A stretch of DNA of 34,302 bases, from contig MCFE01000804.1 of assembly GCA_002104905.1 (NCBI GenBank), positions 1 to 34,302 of the forward strand. The letters are read 5' to 3'. The stretch comes from Basidiobolus meristosporus CBS 931.73 (taxonomy: Eukaryota; Fungi; Basidiobolomycota). Below, piece after piece: positions 1 through 10,772 of this stretch (position 1 is its first letter; each line of letters opens with the position of its first letter). The position numbers were made by a program, and so were the translations under genes. Below the pieces are notes generated by a model. It was not told the DNA's origin. It made no database searches and saw nothing but the letters and a program-made list of their open reading frames with translations.

Positions 1-16
1 CTTTCTCTTCGGGAAC

Positions 17-3000
17 ATGGCATTTGTCTTGAAGGAACGAGGTGGGGCAGGACTGGAGGCCAGAGATCTCTCGGAGTCTTTGGAAAACAACTTCTCTTTG
101 TTGGGAGCCTACATCATGCTGATATTTGACACTCTCCTCTACCTTGTACTCGCCTGGTATCTGAGCCAGATAATCCCTAGCGAGTATGGAACCCCCAAGC
201 CGATCCTTTTTCCCTTCAAGGCATCATACTGGAGAGGGACGTCCTCAGAGACTGCTGATTTGCATTATCATCCGAACGACCAGGAAGGCCTTGATTATCT
301 TGTTGAGCCAGCTCCTAACAACCTAAAAGCAGGGCTATCCTTGAGGAATCTGACCAAGGTCTACGAGAATTCTCAAACACGTGCAGTGGATCGACTCAGC
401 ATTGATATGTACGAAAGCCAGGTGGTTTCATTTCTCGGTCACAATGGGTGCGGGAAGTCCACAACTATCTCAATGCTTACTGGGTTGATTCCCATCACCT
501 CTGGAGATGCTATCATCGATGGTTACAGCGTGCGAAACAATCTGAAACAGGTGCGCCAACGTCTAGGCGTGTGTCCTCAACATGATATACTGTGGGACAA
601 GCTGACCGTAAGGCAGACACTGGCCCTATATGCCGGTCTAAAGGGAGTTGAGCGTTCCAAAATCCCTGCCGACGTACAAAAGTTCATCACACAGACGGGT
701 TTGCTGGAAAAGGCAGACAGCTATGTACAGACCTTATCCGGAGGGCAAAAGCGAAAGTTATCCGTGGCCATCGCCTTCATTGGCGACTCGAAAGTTGTGT
801 TTCTCGACGAGCCAACGAGCGGCATGGACCCCTATTCCAGAAGGTCCGCTTGGGACGTTATCAATCACAATAGAGCAGGCCGTATAATCGTGCTAACCAC
901 CCATTTTATGGATGAAGCTGATCTGCTTGGAGATCGGATCGCCATCATGTGCTATGGCAAGCTGCAGTGCGTTGGAAGCTCATTGTTCTTGAAGGCAAAT
1001 TACGGAGCTGGCTATACCCTCACGCTTGTGAGGACAAACGAAGTCCCTCAGACGAGCAACACTGAGATCCTAACTCGAATTCAACGCATCATTCCTGATG
1101 CTGTCAGTACCTCCGATTCTGGTGGCGAAATTGTGGTCGTAATCCCGTCCAAATCCAACGGCGACATCCCGACATTGCTACGTTACCTTAAATCCAATGG
1201 CAAGGCGATGGGAATTGCCGATTATGGTATTTCGGGAGCATCCCTGCAAGATGTATTTTTACGCATAATGAACCAGAACAACAGTCCAGAAAAGGGAGTG
1301 TACTCCATCTCCAGTGACTTCACTATGTTGAATGACAGTGGGGACCTCTATGAAATGCAAGCTCCCGAAGAACTAAAAAGGGCTACGCCGCCTAGTATGA
1401 TCAAAGGGTCGACCAATTTCTTCCAGCAATGGCGGGCAGTGTTTATTAAGAGAGCAATGATCTCGCGCCGACGCTGGGTGATGGCCCTCGCCCCTATAGT
1501 CATTCCACTTGTCTTGTGTGGAATCGGAACCCTTATCATCACCAAAGAGCAATATAGCTGTTCGCCTAAGGACGCCTCGACCAAAAAGCTGTCATTTCTA
1601 CCAACAGACTTGACCTATAGCTCATTTATCAGACAGGCGGACAGAGGCAACGCAACCCTCCCTGTCATTTTGGGAGGCGAGTTGGTCCAACAAGTTGATA
1701 GCACCATTTCTTTCGAGACATTGGCTACACCCGGCGACCTTCAGGCTTATATCGAACGTAAACGCCCGGATCTTCTAGGTGGAGTGATGATGAATTCGAA
1801 TGCCCAGCCCGGCAAATTATCCAGCTACACGATTGCATATGATATCACGAAGGATATGAGTCCATTAGCAATGGTCAATCTAGCCAACAATATGTTGATC
1901 AATCAACTGACCAAAAAAACTGGCTACACTATCAGAGCAGTCTACCAGCCCTTCCCCTCTAAGCTGTCTGACAAAGACTGGAACCCAGTGGTTCTCTTCA
2001 GCTTCCTGGTTATTTTCATGCAGATCTTCTATCTCACGTTACCCATTCTTCTCTTGGTCAAAGAGAACATATCCAGAGCCAAGCATCAGCAGAAGATCAG
2101 TGGGCTGAGTCCTATGGCCTACTGGCTAGGAAACTTCACATGGGACATTCTACCCATCTTGATAAATTCCGCCTCGCTTGCCGCCATCTTTGCATCAGGC
2201 ACAATCTACTGGACAGTCAGCTTTTTTCAAACCTTCTTGTTCCTGTTTATCTTCGGTTGTTCGCTCACCATGGTAACATACCTGTTCTCCTCAAGATTTT
2301 CTACAACCAACGGCGGATTGAATGCCTTGCTTGCCTTCCATGGACTCACGGTTTTCTTCTATTTGTCTGCGTACCTGCCGCTCTATTTTGAGACCGCTGA
2401 TGCCGCCAAGTACATCAACTATGCGGCTTTTCCGCTGTTCCCTAGCACCCCTGGATACTACTCCCTACTTGTCATGATGAACGGCTTTATGCTCCAATGC
2501 GCTCAGAATCCCCAGCTGGATCCCTCCCGCACATGGGACATCACGCTTCTTGGATACCCCTTGTTTGTGATGATTGCCCAGACTGTTGTGTACTTCCTTC
2601 TCACTATTCTAAAGGAGAATTGGAAGACCATTCGTGCCAGCTATGTGAAGCAAAAGAAACATGACCACGAGGATCACACGAGCGGGACGACCGTCAGCGA
2701 TGACGTATACAACGAGCAGGACCGTCTCAACTCTGGAAGCAACACGGATTTAGTTCAGCTTCGTCATCTCCGTAAAGAATATCCAAAGAATGCTGACAAG
2801 AAGATAAAGGTTGCAGTCCGGGACCTATCCCTTGGAATAAGACAAGGGGAGTGCTTCGGGCTGCTTGGTAGCAACGGTGCTGGAAAAACGACAACACTAA
2901 AGATACTGAGCGGCGATGTATTTCCCACCAGCGGGGAATGCATAGTCAATGGGAGGTCGATTCGTAGAAATCTAAGTAGTGTTCGAAAAACCCTGGGTGT

Positions 3001-3745
3001 TTGTCCCCAATTCGATGTACTTATCAATCAGCTCAGTGTTCGTCAACACTTTGAGTTCTACTGTAATATCAAGGGCATCCCCTCTAGCAAAGCACCCACG
3101 ATTGTTCGCTGGCTGTTAAACCATTTAAACTTGATTGATCATGCCACCAAGCTTCCTAAACAACTAAGTGGCGGTAATCGCAGAAAACTATCCCTCGGCA
3201 TCGCCATCATTGGCGCCCCCTCTGTACTTCTTCTTGATGAGCCCAGCACTGGCATGGACCCTCTGGCTAAACGGTTTATGTGGGATGTGATCAACGGTCT
3301 GACTAGCGAGAAAAGTATTATCCTAACGACGCACAGTATGGAGGAAGCAGACGCACTCTGTTCACGTATCGGCATCATGGTTGCTGGCCAGCTCTGTAGC
3401 CTTGGGAGCCCTCAGCATCTCAAGAATAAGCATGGTAAAGGCTACGAACTGGAAATCCTCGTGTGTTCAGGGGGCAATCCAGGGCATATAATATCTTCGA
3501 TCCAGCAAGTATTCGGCCAAACCACTTTGTTGGAGCAACAATGCAATCGGATTCGACTAGAGATAAGCTACTCCCCTACGAACAACCGCCCCGAGCAAAA
3601 CTTTGACTTGGCGGATGTTTTTGAGTGGATGGAGCAGATGCGCCAGCAACTTGGCATCGATGACTACTCCATTAGTCAGACATCTTTGGAGCAGGTGTTC
3701 CTTAACTTTGCCAAAGAAGACCACACATACAACAAGAACGAGTGA
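17..3745 (+). CDS. ABCA-subfamily full-size ABC transporter, N-terminus probably outside the window
   Basis: Two NBDs with Walker A (GHNGCGKST, GSNGAGKTT), signature (LSGGQKRKL, LSGGNRRKL) and Walker B (FLDEPTSGMD, LLDEPSTGMD), plus ABCA-typical LTTHFMDEAD/LTTHSMEEAD, C-terminal SQTSLEQVF and an intervening TMD. The frame is open upstream of position 17 (FLFGN), so this ATG is probably internal. Confidence 0.95.
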   Translation: MAFVLKERGGAGLEARDLSESLENNFSLLGAYIMLIFDTLLYLVLAWYLSQIIPSEYGTPKPILFPFKASYWRGTSSETADLHYHPNDQEGLDYLVEPAPNNLKAGLSLRNLTKVYENSQTRAVDRLSIDMYESQVVSFLGHNGCGKSTTISMLTGLIPITSGDAIIDGYSVRNNLKQVRQRLGVCPQHDILWDKLTVRQTLALYAGLKGVERSKIPADVQKFITQTGLLEKADSYVQTLSGGQKRKLSVAIAFIGDSKVVFLDEPTSGMDPYSRRSAWDVINHNRAGRIIVLTTHFMDEADLLGDRIAIMCYGKLQCVGSSLFLKANYGAGYTLTLVRTNEVPQTSNTEILTRIQRIIPDAVSTSDSGGEIVVVIPSKSNGDIPTLLRYLKSNGKAMGIADYGISGASLQDVFLRIMNQNNSPEKGVYSISSDFTMLNDSGDLYEMQAPEELKRATPPSMIKGSTNFFQQWRAVFIKRAMISRRRWVMALAPIVIPLVLCGIGTLIITKEQYSCSPKDASTKKLSFLPTDLTYSSFIRQADRGNATLPVILGGELVQQVDSTISFETLATPGDLQAYIERKRPDLLGGVMMNSNAQPGKLSSYTIAYDITKDMSPLAMVNLANNMLINQLTKKTGYTIRAVYQPFPSKLSDKDWNPVVLFSFLVIFMQIFYLTLPILLLVKENISRAKHQQKISGLSPMAYWLGNFTWDILPILINSASLAAIFASGTIYWTVSFFQTFLFLFIFGCSLTMVTYLFSSRFSTTNGGLNALLAFHGLTVFFYLSAYLPLYFETADAAKYINYAAFPLFPSTPGYYSLLVMMNGFMLQCAQNPQLDPSRTWDITLLGYPLFVMIAQTVVYFLLTILKENWKTIRASYVKQKKHDHEDHTSGTTVSDDVYNEQDRLNSGSNTDLVQLRHLRKEYPKNADKKIKVAVRDLSLGIRQGECFGLLGSNGAGKTTTLKILSGDVFPTSGECIVNGRSIRRNLSSVRKTLGVCPQFDVLINQLSVRQHFEFYCNIKGIPSSKAPTIVRWLLNHLNLIDHATKLPKQLSGGNRRKLSLGIAIIGAPSVLLLDEPSTGMDPLAKRFMWDVINGLTSEKSIILTTHSMEEADALCSRIGIMVAGQLCSLGSPQHLKNKHGKGYELEILVCSGGNPGHIISSIQQVFGQTTLLEQQCNRIRLEISYSPTNNRPEQNFDLADVFEWMEQMRQQLGIDDYSISQTSLEQVFLNFAKEDHTYNKNE

Positions 3746-4521
3746 ACTGCCATCGTGCAGACTTTGCTATACCTCTGTCCCAGAGGACACATGTATCTAC
3801 TTCAACAACAACAACCCCCCCCCCTCTTCACTCGGTAAAATACCCTCCATCAACTATTCTATTTTGAAGAAATTTGTGTATCAGAACCATCGTTTAAAGA
3901 TAATTAAGAAATAACACCGAAACGATATCCATCGATCCCAGAGCCCAGCCACCTCCCCGAATACACAACGGTGCATTTTCCCGTCTCCCCCTCTGTAGGC
4001 TAGGTGGCTGGCTAGTATGGAACTCTGCGGGGATTGTGCTCCCTGTATAATCCATCTATGTTTGTGTTGTACGGTTCTATGCTGATGAGCCAGCAATATA
4101 TCGTGACACACTCGAGGTGACGAACATGGCACTCGCTGAAGTATCCTCACATTGGCTATACCGATATTGGTGTACCCAACGTATGTGGGCTGTGGAATGA
4201 CCTAAGGGTCCGGTTTCATCTGTAAGCAAAGACAGTGGATGTTTGCTGATTTGGGTTGGATCCCCATCATAGTACACCGGTGGGATATCTCGCGGGCACC
4301 ATGTGACGTCACAAAGGCTAAGAAACCCCTTCTCAGCCATTTATTCCCAATATTAACTAGTATCCATGTATAATAAATAATCTCCCTCGCCATAGGCATC
4401 ATCAGTCAAACCACTTACCTGGTGAACGCTGTCAGGATAAGCTTCAGTTATTGATTTTAATCGCTATAAATCCCGCAAAACCAGGCCCACCTCAACCTTA
4501 CCAACCCATCTACCAACTACA

Positions 4522-5160
4522 ATGAGTGACTCAAAGCCGACCTTCTCGCAGTGGCTCCAGGAGTACACCGAGCAACACATCCCCTTCCTCAAAGAGCTTT
4601 TCAAGAACAGAGACTCGAGAGGCTTGCTGAAAGCACTCAGGTACCCCGACGACATCGACCAGGCCTGGCTTTTCTACGAGGCGGCATTACAGCTGGATGT
4701 CAATTGGACAAGATTCCTCCTACGTCTCGACCCGGACGTTCACTTCCGTGTGCCCTGGGATCACTGCAACTTCACGGCGCTGAGCCCACCATTGTATCGC
4801 AACAATATGGAGCTGATGAAAGTGGTGGTAGGTGAAGGCGGTTACAATGTCAGTTCCTGGGTGGATGAGCATGGATGTAGCGCAGTCGATTGGCCAGATG
4901 TAGAGGATCAGCCAGAGGTTTGGGGTGATATGAGTGAATACCTAAAAGCGGCGGTGGAGAAACAATCCTCCGGCGAATGGAAGATCTGGAGGGGCAAGAA
5001 GTTCCCTTCGGTGGCTGGGGAAATTCTGAAGGCATGCAAGACCGATTCCACTACCTACCAGTCGCCGAGCGAGCTTGAGGATAAATACAGGAAGGAGCTG
5101 AATGCCTGGCAGGAAATGATCGAGAATATTCTTGCCGAGATGGAGCAGAAAACCCAATAA
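4522..5160 (+). CDS. Hypothetical 212-aa protein with degenerate ankyrin-like repeats
   Basis: Single intronless ORF with coding-like composition. The segment FYEAALQLDVNWTRFLLRLDPDVH...TALSPPLYRNNMELMKVVVGEGGYNV...DEHGCSAVD loosely follows the ankyrin consensus; the family call is tentative. Confidence 0.6.
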   Translation: MSDSKPTFSQWLQEYTEQHIPFLKELFKNRDSRGLLKALRYPDDIDQAWLFYEAALQLDVNWTRFLLRLDPDVHFRVPWDHCNFTALSPPLYRNNMELMKVVVGEGGYNVSSWVDEHGCSAVDWPDVEDQPEVWGDMSEYLKAAVEKQSSGEWKIWRGKKFPSVAGEILKACKTDSTTYQSPSELEDKYRKELNAWQEMIENILAEMEQKTQ

Positions 5161-5566
5161 ATGTCGTTGTTGAGCAAATAAATACATATATATTGAATGA
5201 CCCCACAATTCTGAGCCGCTGTGTTGGAATGTTGTAGACATTTGGATTTCACACGATACTTGCATTATTCCACCAGACGGTTTAGAACTGTAAAGCATCA
5301 TTGGGATGTTCACCCACCGCCCAGCGCCAGGCTACACTGAATGCCTTGTATATTACTTTATTCTTGTCAAGACTACTTCTGGTTCTATATACAATATAAC
5401 TACCAATGCTAGGATATGGCTAAATCGTAGAGTACGAAATGATGAAAACGTCACCAATATTCGTAAAGGGTGGGATATGTTTCCATCGAACTAAGTATCA
5501 AGTTAAACCTGTAGCAATTAGCTAGGCATGATTCTAGGTAGATGGAGCAATTACGGTGTACATGGG

Positions 5567-8306
5567 TTATGCGGGTTGCGATTTTCGCATCATCTTGGAC
5601 CACTCTGACAGAACACGGTTAGAGAACGATCGTACAAATACAATGGCATAGATAACATACTTAAACCACAAGAGTTACAGAGGGTTCCGGGGCCTTCTGG
5701 GCCTTTTCGCCATTCAGGAGAATCAATACGCTTGCAACTTGTGCAGCATTTGTCTTGGATGGCCACTCTCTTTTTCTAAACAAAAATGAAGCAATCAATC
5801 AATTGGCCCCTAGGGGACAGTCAACGATGGTGCAAACCTTCTTCTTGGGCGTCATTGACACCTTGTGCTCTTCTAGTTTCTTTATATCCTCATTCAATTG
5901 TCTGTTGGCCAACTTCAGAAGATGCATCTCATACTGCCAATTTGCTGGGTGGATCTCATTTAATATGCTGAACAAGTTGTCAGCATCCATTGAGACCTCA
6001 TCCGTTTGCGGCATTGGGGACGCTTCATAAGGTGCTGAGTCAAACCCTTGGATCAGCTCAGACTCCATTTCACGGGTTTGGCAGAGAACAAATGCAACTC
6101 CTCCCTGGTAGCCGATATTTCCGGGGTAGAACACACTGGTTAGATTTATGACTTCGCCTTGCTTTGTTCTCGCCTTATGGTGAAGCTTCACTGTAGTCCC
6201 GGTTTGTACGTTCCTTAACGATTCGCTTAAACCAGAAAGGTGCTCTTCTGGAAATATGCATGCAAGATTGGTCTGTTGTAGTTCCGAAGCTGGGTACTCG
6301 AGGAGATTTTCACACTGATCGGTGATATGCAGGATCATTCCTTCGTTAGAGAGCTTTGACCACATATCCATATCGTTTATGCCACCGCTACTTCGACTGA
6401 TGATTCCCCGAGAAAGCCTGTAAACCGGCCGTGGACGTCCCGAGAGTATAATATACTTCCGGCTTTTACCGCGCTCCGAAAAGAGCTTACCAGTAGCCTC
6501 AATCCACATGTATCCCGAGAACTTGCGTTTCGCACGATACAGCATTGTCACAGTGTCGTTCTCACTGTTCGCTTCCTTGATTTCGCGCATTACAGGATTC
6601 AAGTCACTAGGCTCACAGATTTTCGAGATTGACTGGCCAACAAGCTCTTCAGGCTCATACTCCAATAATGTCTTGCAGGATGTGGAGGCGTATGAAAATA
6701 CTCCTTTCAGTGAGAGCACATGAATAAAGTCATCTGCTTCATCGAGCAGCATCTTATTCCAGATCTGGGCGCATTCATCTTTGTCCTCCTCATTCGAAAC
6801 ACCGATCAACTGGTAAAATTCCTCTGAGAGCAGCGACTGTGGGAGGGTTGGTAAGGCTACCTCGCATAACTCCTCCGGCTCAATCTGCGTCAAATCTAAC
6901 AAATACGCCCGTTAATCTCTCCGCAAGTGTAAAATGGCCACGTCTCGAACACAAACCGGATTCTAGTAGCGGGGCGATCAACGGCAACGCCTCATTTTGC
7001 ATATATGCTCCCTCTATAGTGCAATCTATGGCGTTAGCAACAAAGATAAACATCAGGGGCCCACTGGCGATGTACCTTGAACTTTCTGTCGAATTTCTTT
7101 AGGTCTTTCAACAAAATCCTGGGGCCACAAGGATGAGTATCAGCACACCGAGCTGAAATACAAACCACACTTACCACTTGGAATCCAACAAAATGCGTTA
7201 TCCCCCCGCCGTGCATCGAGATCGGGATCACAGTGACCAGGTTCACAAAAGCCTATCGATAGCAAACAGTTGAACAGCCGGCTCACCCACGAGGCAACAT
7301 TCCACGGCAATCTGGACTAACCTCGCCCGATTTTTTGTAGTTCACCAATGACACCTGGATTTCTTTTTTCTGGATGATATGGGTTTTGAGGTTGTACACT
7401 GCGTTGTTATCTGTATATCGACGACGAGACCCCACTGTAACTAGCCCTTCAGGAGCCTGTAGAAATCGGGAGTTTCGTCCCAGCACCTCTTGAGTGGAAT
7501 ATCCCGTCAAGGTTTCAAATGATTCACTCGCATAGATTATTGGTAGATCGTCAGCAAGAGCGTTCGCTATGAACATCCAAGTTAGTATCGTCGATTCAGG
7601 GGTTGGGAACTGCCGAATAATCTATGGGATATGTGAAACAGCCCCTGCCCCCAAAAGCAAGGGAAACGAAGGTGAATGAAAACGGAAGTTTTCATATATG
7701 AAACATGTTTTAAACAGCCAGGCAAGAAGTGAGTATTCCCTACCTACAACAAAGGACGCACTCATGTCAACAGGGCCAAGGTTGATCTGAGGATTAGGCC
7801 TAGTCAATTGAGGTCAGTCATCAGCACAAGGCCCACAATAGTAGAGCTCTTACCTGGTAGCTACTTTCAGCTGATTTGGACGCAAGGCAAATACTTTTAG
7901 TCATCCGATTCAAGCAGCTGGTGACAGTAAAGGCCTACCAGCACTGTGATCATGTCTATGCCAGAGCTAGAATACACCCCACGATACTGAGAATCGTCTA
8001 GCTGTTTCGCCATATCTGGGATGGCGCCGGTGCCATCGTTACCACCTTCACTAAACCCTTCGTTGAATTTGGGCACGCCGCTCATGTCTTGAAAAACAGA
8101 AGCGTTAGAAACGAACAATACCACCATCCAGCCGCAATATGGATATAGGAAAGCACTGCAGGTTTACCAGACATATAGGATGCTTGGGGGGTGGGGTCGT
8201 AAGGATATAATGGAGGGTTTTGACCATCGTTCATAAGGGCATGTTGATTATCATCCATCCACTGAACATTGGCACAGCTCTGCTTTATATTCTGCGTCCT
8301 CAACAT
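5567..8306 (-). CDS. wc-1: White collar-1-like LOV-PAS-PAS-GATA transcription factor (about 11 exons) with a non-canonical LOV domain
   Basis: Spliced by eye: [77 protein letters not shown]...[20 protein letters not shown]...[33 protein letters not shown], coiled coil [15 protein letters not shown] and basic KKKKKR follow. The GATA finger [26 protein letters not shown] (C-X2-C-X18-C-X2-C) lies in exon 5661-5775; stop TAA at 5567-5569. The start codon at 8306 is less certain. Confidence 0.93.
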
Positions 8307-9797
8307 GTGTCACTTTCCAAAATAATCCAAGGAATCAAATATTTTCCAAGACTTATATATTTCCAATGATTTCGATATAAAAGGGTGGGGTGTGTATGGG
8401 GAAAGGCTAACTGACTAGCAATAGAAATGCCGAAGGAGATTGTTAACTGTTGAACACTGACCATCTGTTTCCTCTTCTTTGGGCTTTTATATACGAATTG
8501 CGCAGCAATAAGGAAGTTTGCGTGTCCTTCCTATTATAGAATTATTGGGAAGCGGATCAGGTCAACTGGCACTCAAATACCACACGACGAACCAATGAGG
8601 TCTGAGGCACGCACATGCTTTGATCACAGCGAAATGATAAGGGATAGTGCAATGGAGCCTGGATAACACTGCGTCTGATTCTGACCTGCGATTCATCCAA
8701 AATAATGCTGTGCCAAACTGAAGCCCAGAGGCGCAGAGGACGTCCAAAAGAACTTGTTTCATCAGCTCAACCATGGAGGGATCCTGGTTCTCGCCCCGGC
8801 CAGGGTGGAGCCCGCCGAACCTGGAATCGAATGGATGACAGAGATTGAGCATGAGTCCCAACTACCTGTGTTTTAGATGGGGGAAGCCATAATCACAAGC
8901 AGGCTTGCACAGACTTTCCCAAAATGAAGAGATTGCATGGTCAGTGAATGCTGAATCGCACAAATTCAATTAATTGGTGCAATGCGTCTCAAGTCATTAA
9001 GAAGATGCCGTTACACCCGATGAGCCATCGCCCCCTTCTTGAATGGACTACGTCTCATCCTTCACGCTAATTGTCTGTCTCTAGTGACTGATCCAGAGAT
9101 TAATATAGCTCTCCAAACATCATTGCTGGTAGGTCACGTGGAAGTGCACATTCTCGGTTTTGACAATCTTCTGATCAAATATCACGAAGACAGATGCTTC
9201 AATGGTGGTGCCAGTGTTGAGGGTATCTGCACCACCAGGGATCATTGGACGATCCATGCAGGCCCTCCGTTCCCGCGGCGATACAGTCAACTGCCAATTC
9301 AGGACAGAAGTAGGAGAGCTAAGTACAGCTCGTGATCCAATTCAGTTGCTTGGAACTAAAACAATGGCGGATAATGGGGCAAAAGATTGGATGGTTTACA
9401 TATATGTATGCGTGTGAATGACATTGTTCTGAGGCTCAGGGCTTCAGGAATATCCCGGCTTTCCAATAGGAAGGAGTATTTCACATCGATGTACTACATG
9501 TATTCCAAACAGCACAAAACCAGACAAAGGATCACTTAAGCAGCCTCCTCCGATTTACACCCGAAGTGAACAACCAAATGGGCTAGATTCGATGGCAACT
9601 TATACGGGCAAGGATGAGACCCTGGCATAAACACATCTAGGTGGTTTTTTATAAAGACATTGTTATTTATTGATTCTCCAGCTCCGTTCAGATTGGGAAG
9701 TGCCGGTGGCAACTGGGCAAGTCATTAAACAGATTGACAAGCCTACCTCTATCCAAGATACACCATACCCGTTGGTGGCACCTTGAAGAGCAACGCT

Positions 9798-10772
9798 TTA
9801 GTTGCCTTCGGCCCATTTACCAGACTTCTTTCTATGGCACTTGGTAGGCTTAGGCTTATTGCTGCACTTGCTAGGTTTAGTGCTGCATTTTTTAGAGTTA
9901 GTATGTCTAGGCTTGGGAGGGCACTTGGTGCCACTGTTTGAAGGAGTAGGGCCTAAGGTTGTGAGTACAACAGAAGTCTGGACAACAGTTGAACCAACCG
10001 TGGTTGAGGCGGTGGCATTTTGGGTGATGGTCAGAGTTGGAGCTGAAGTAATGGATATCGCACTACTCGAGCCACTGACACTACCGCTGCTTGAGGGGGT
10101 TATTGTAATCAAACGCATGAGAGAAGATGTAGCAATGTGGCGAGTCACAAGAGTGGAGCCGAAGGTCTCAATAAATGTGGATGTAGAATCAAACTGGGTA
10201 GTGGTCGAGCCTCCATCCGTTAGGACTATTTCTTCTCCTTGCCCAATATGGTGAGTTACGGTGGGGCCGGGAATGGTGTTGATAACCGACCTTGAACTTA
10301 GTTGTTCTATTACAGTTCCAATCGCGATACCATTACTTGTGGGACCGGTGATGGTGGTGAGGTCGCCTGCAATCCCACTGGTCACAACTGTAGCCACCAC
10401 ATCTGAAGGAAAAGTCTCTGTGAAATAAGATGACCACAGAGTTCGGCTAATGCTAGTAAGTTGCAGAGAAGCCTCTACTACTGAGCTAGGAATCTGCCGG
10501 GTGAAGGTCTCTCCAGGAATAGTCCGTGTGACGAAAGAGCGGCCATCGTTTTCAGTAATGGTAGCATCGCTGACCGTTTCGGAGTAAGTGATTGCGTCAA
10601 TGGTAGCGATCTGGGTGTGCGCAGATATGTAGTCGGTAACCATTTCAGTAGGAACGAACCAGGTAATCGTTTCCGACGGATACGACAAAGTGACGGTTTC
10701 AAGCACCTGCCCTTGCGCCAAACAGGCAGAACCCAGCAGAGCAAAGAAAAGTGATTGTTGGACTTTTGTCAT
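9798..10772 (-). CDS. Secreted Thr/Ser-rich protein, paralog 1 (unknown family)
   Basis: 324-aa intronless ORF with a signal peptide (MTKVQQSLFFALLGSACLA), a Thr-rich core collinear with the neighbouring paralog, and a basic tail with four KC motifs. Confidence 0.85.
   Translation of the reverse strand: MTKVQQSLFFALLGSACLAQGQVLETVTLSYPSETITWFVPTEMVTDYISAHTQIATIDAITYSETVSDATITENDGRSFVTRTIPGETFTRQIPSSVVEASLQLTSISRTLWSSYFTETFPSDVVATVVTSGIAGDLTTITGPTSNGIAIGTVIEQLSSRSVINTIPGPTVTHHIGQGEEIVLTDGGSTTTQFDSTSTFIETFGSTLVTRHIATSSLMRLITITPSSSGSVSGSSSAISITSAPTLTITQNATASTTVGSTVVQTSVVLTTLGPTPSNSGTKCPPKPRHTNSKKCSTKPSKCSNKPKPTKCHRKKSGKWAEGN

Noticed and set aside
4082-4140. TGATGA...TGACGA...CTGA arrangement resembling a C/D snoRNA, with a minus-strand splice-donor-like gtaagt near 4415
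   Set aside because: No terminal stem, no rRNA/snRNA guide I can recognise, and no coherent spliced ORF; such short boxes arise by chance.
8562-9417. Short ORFs in the wc-1 upstream region
   Set aside because: No recognisable domains and mutually overlapping; likely promoter or intergenic DNA. A WCC binding site could not be supported either.
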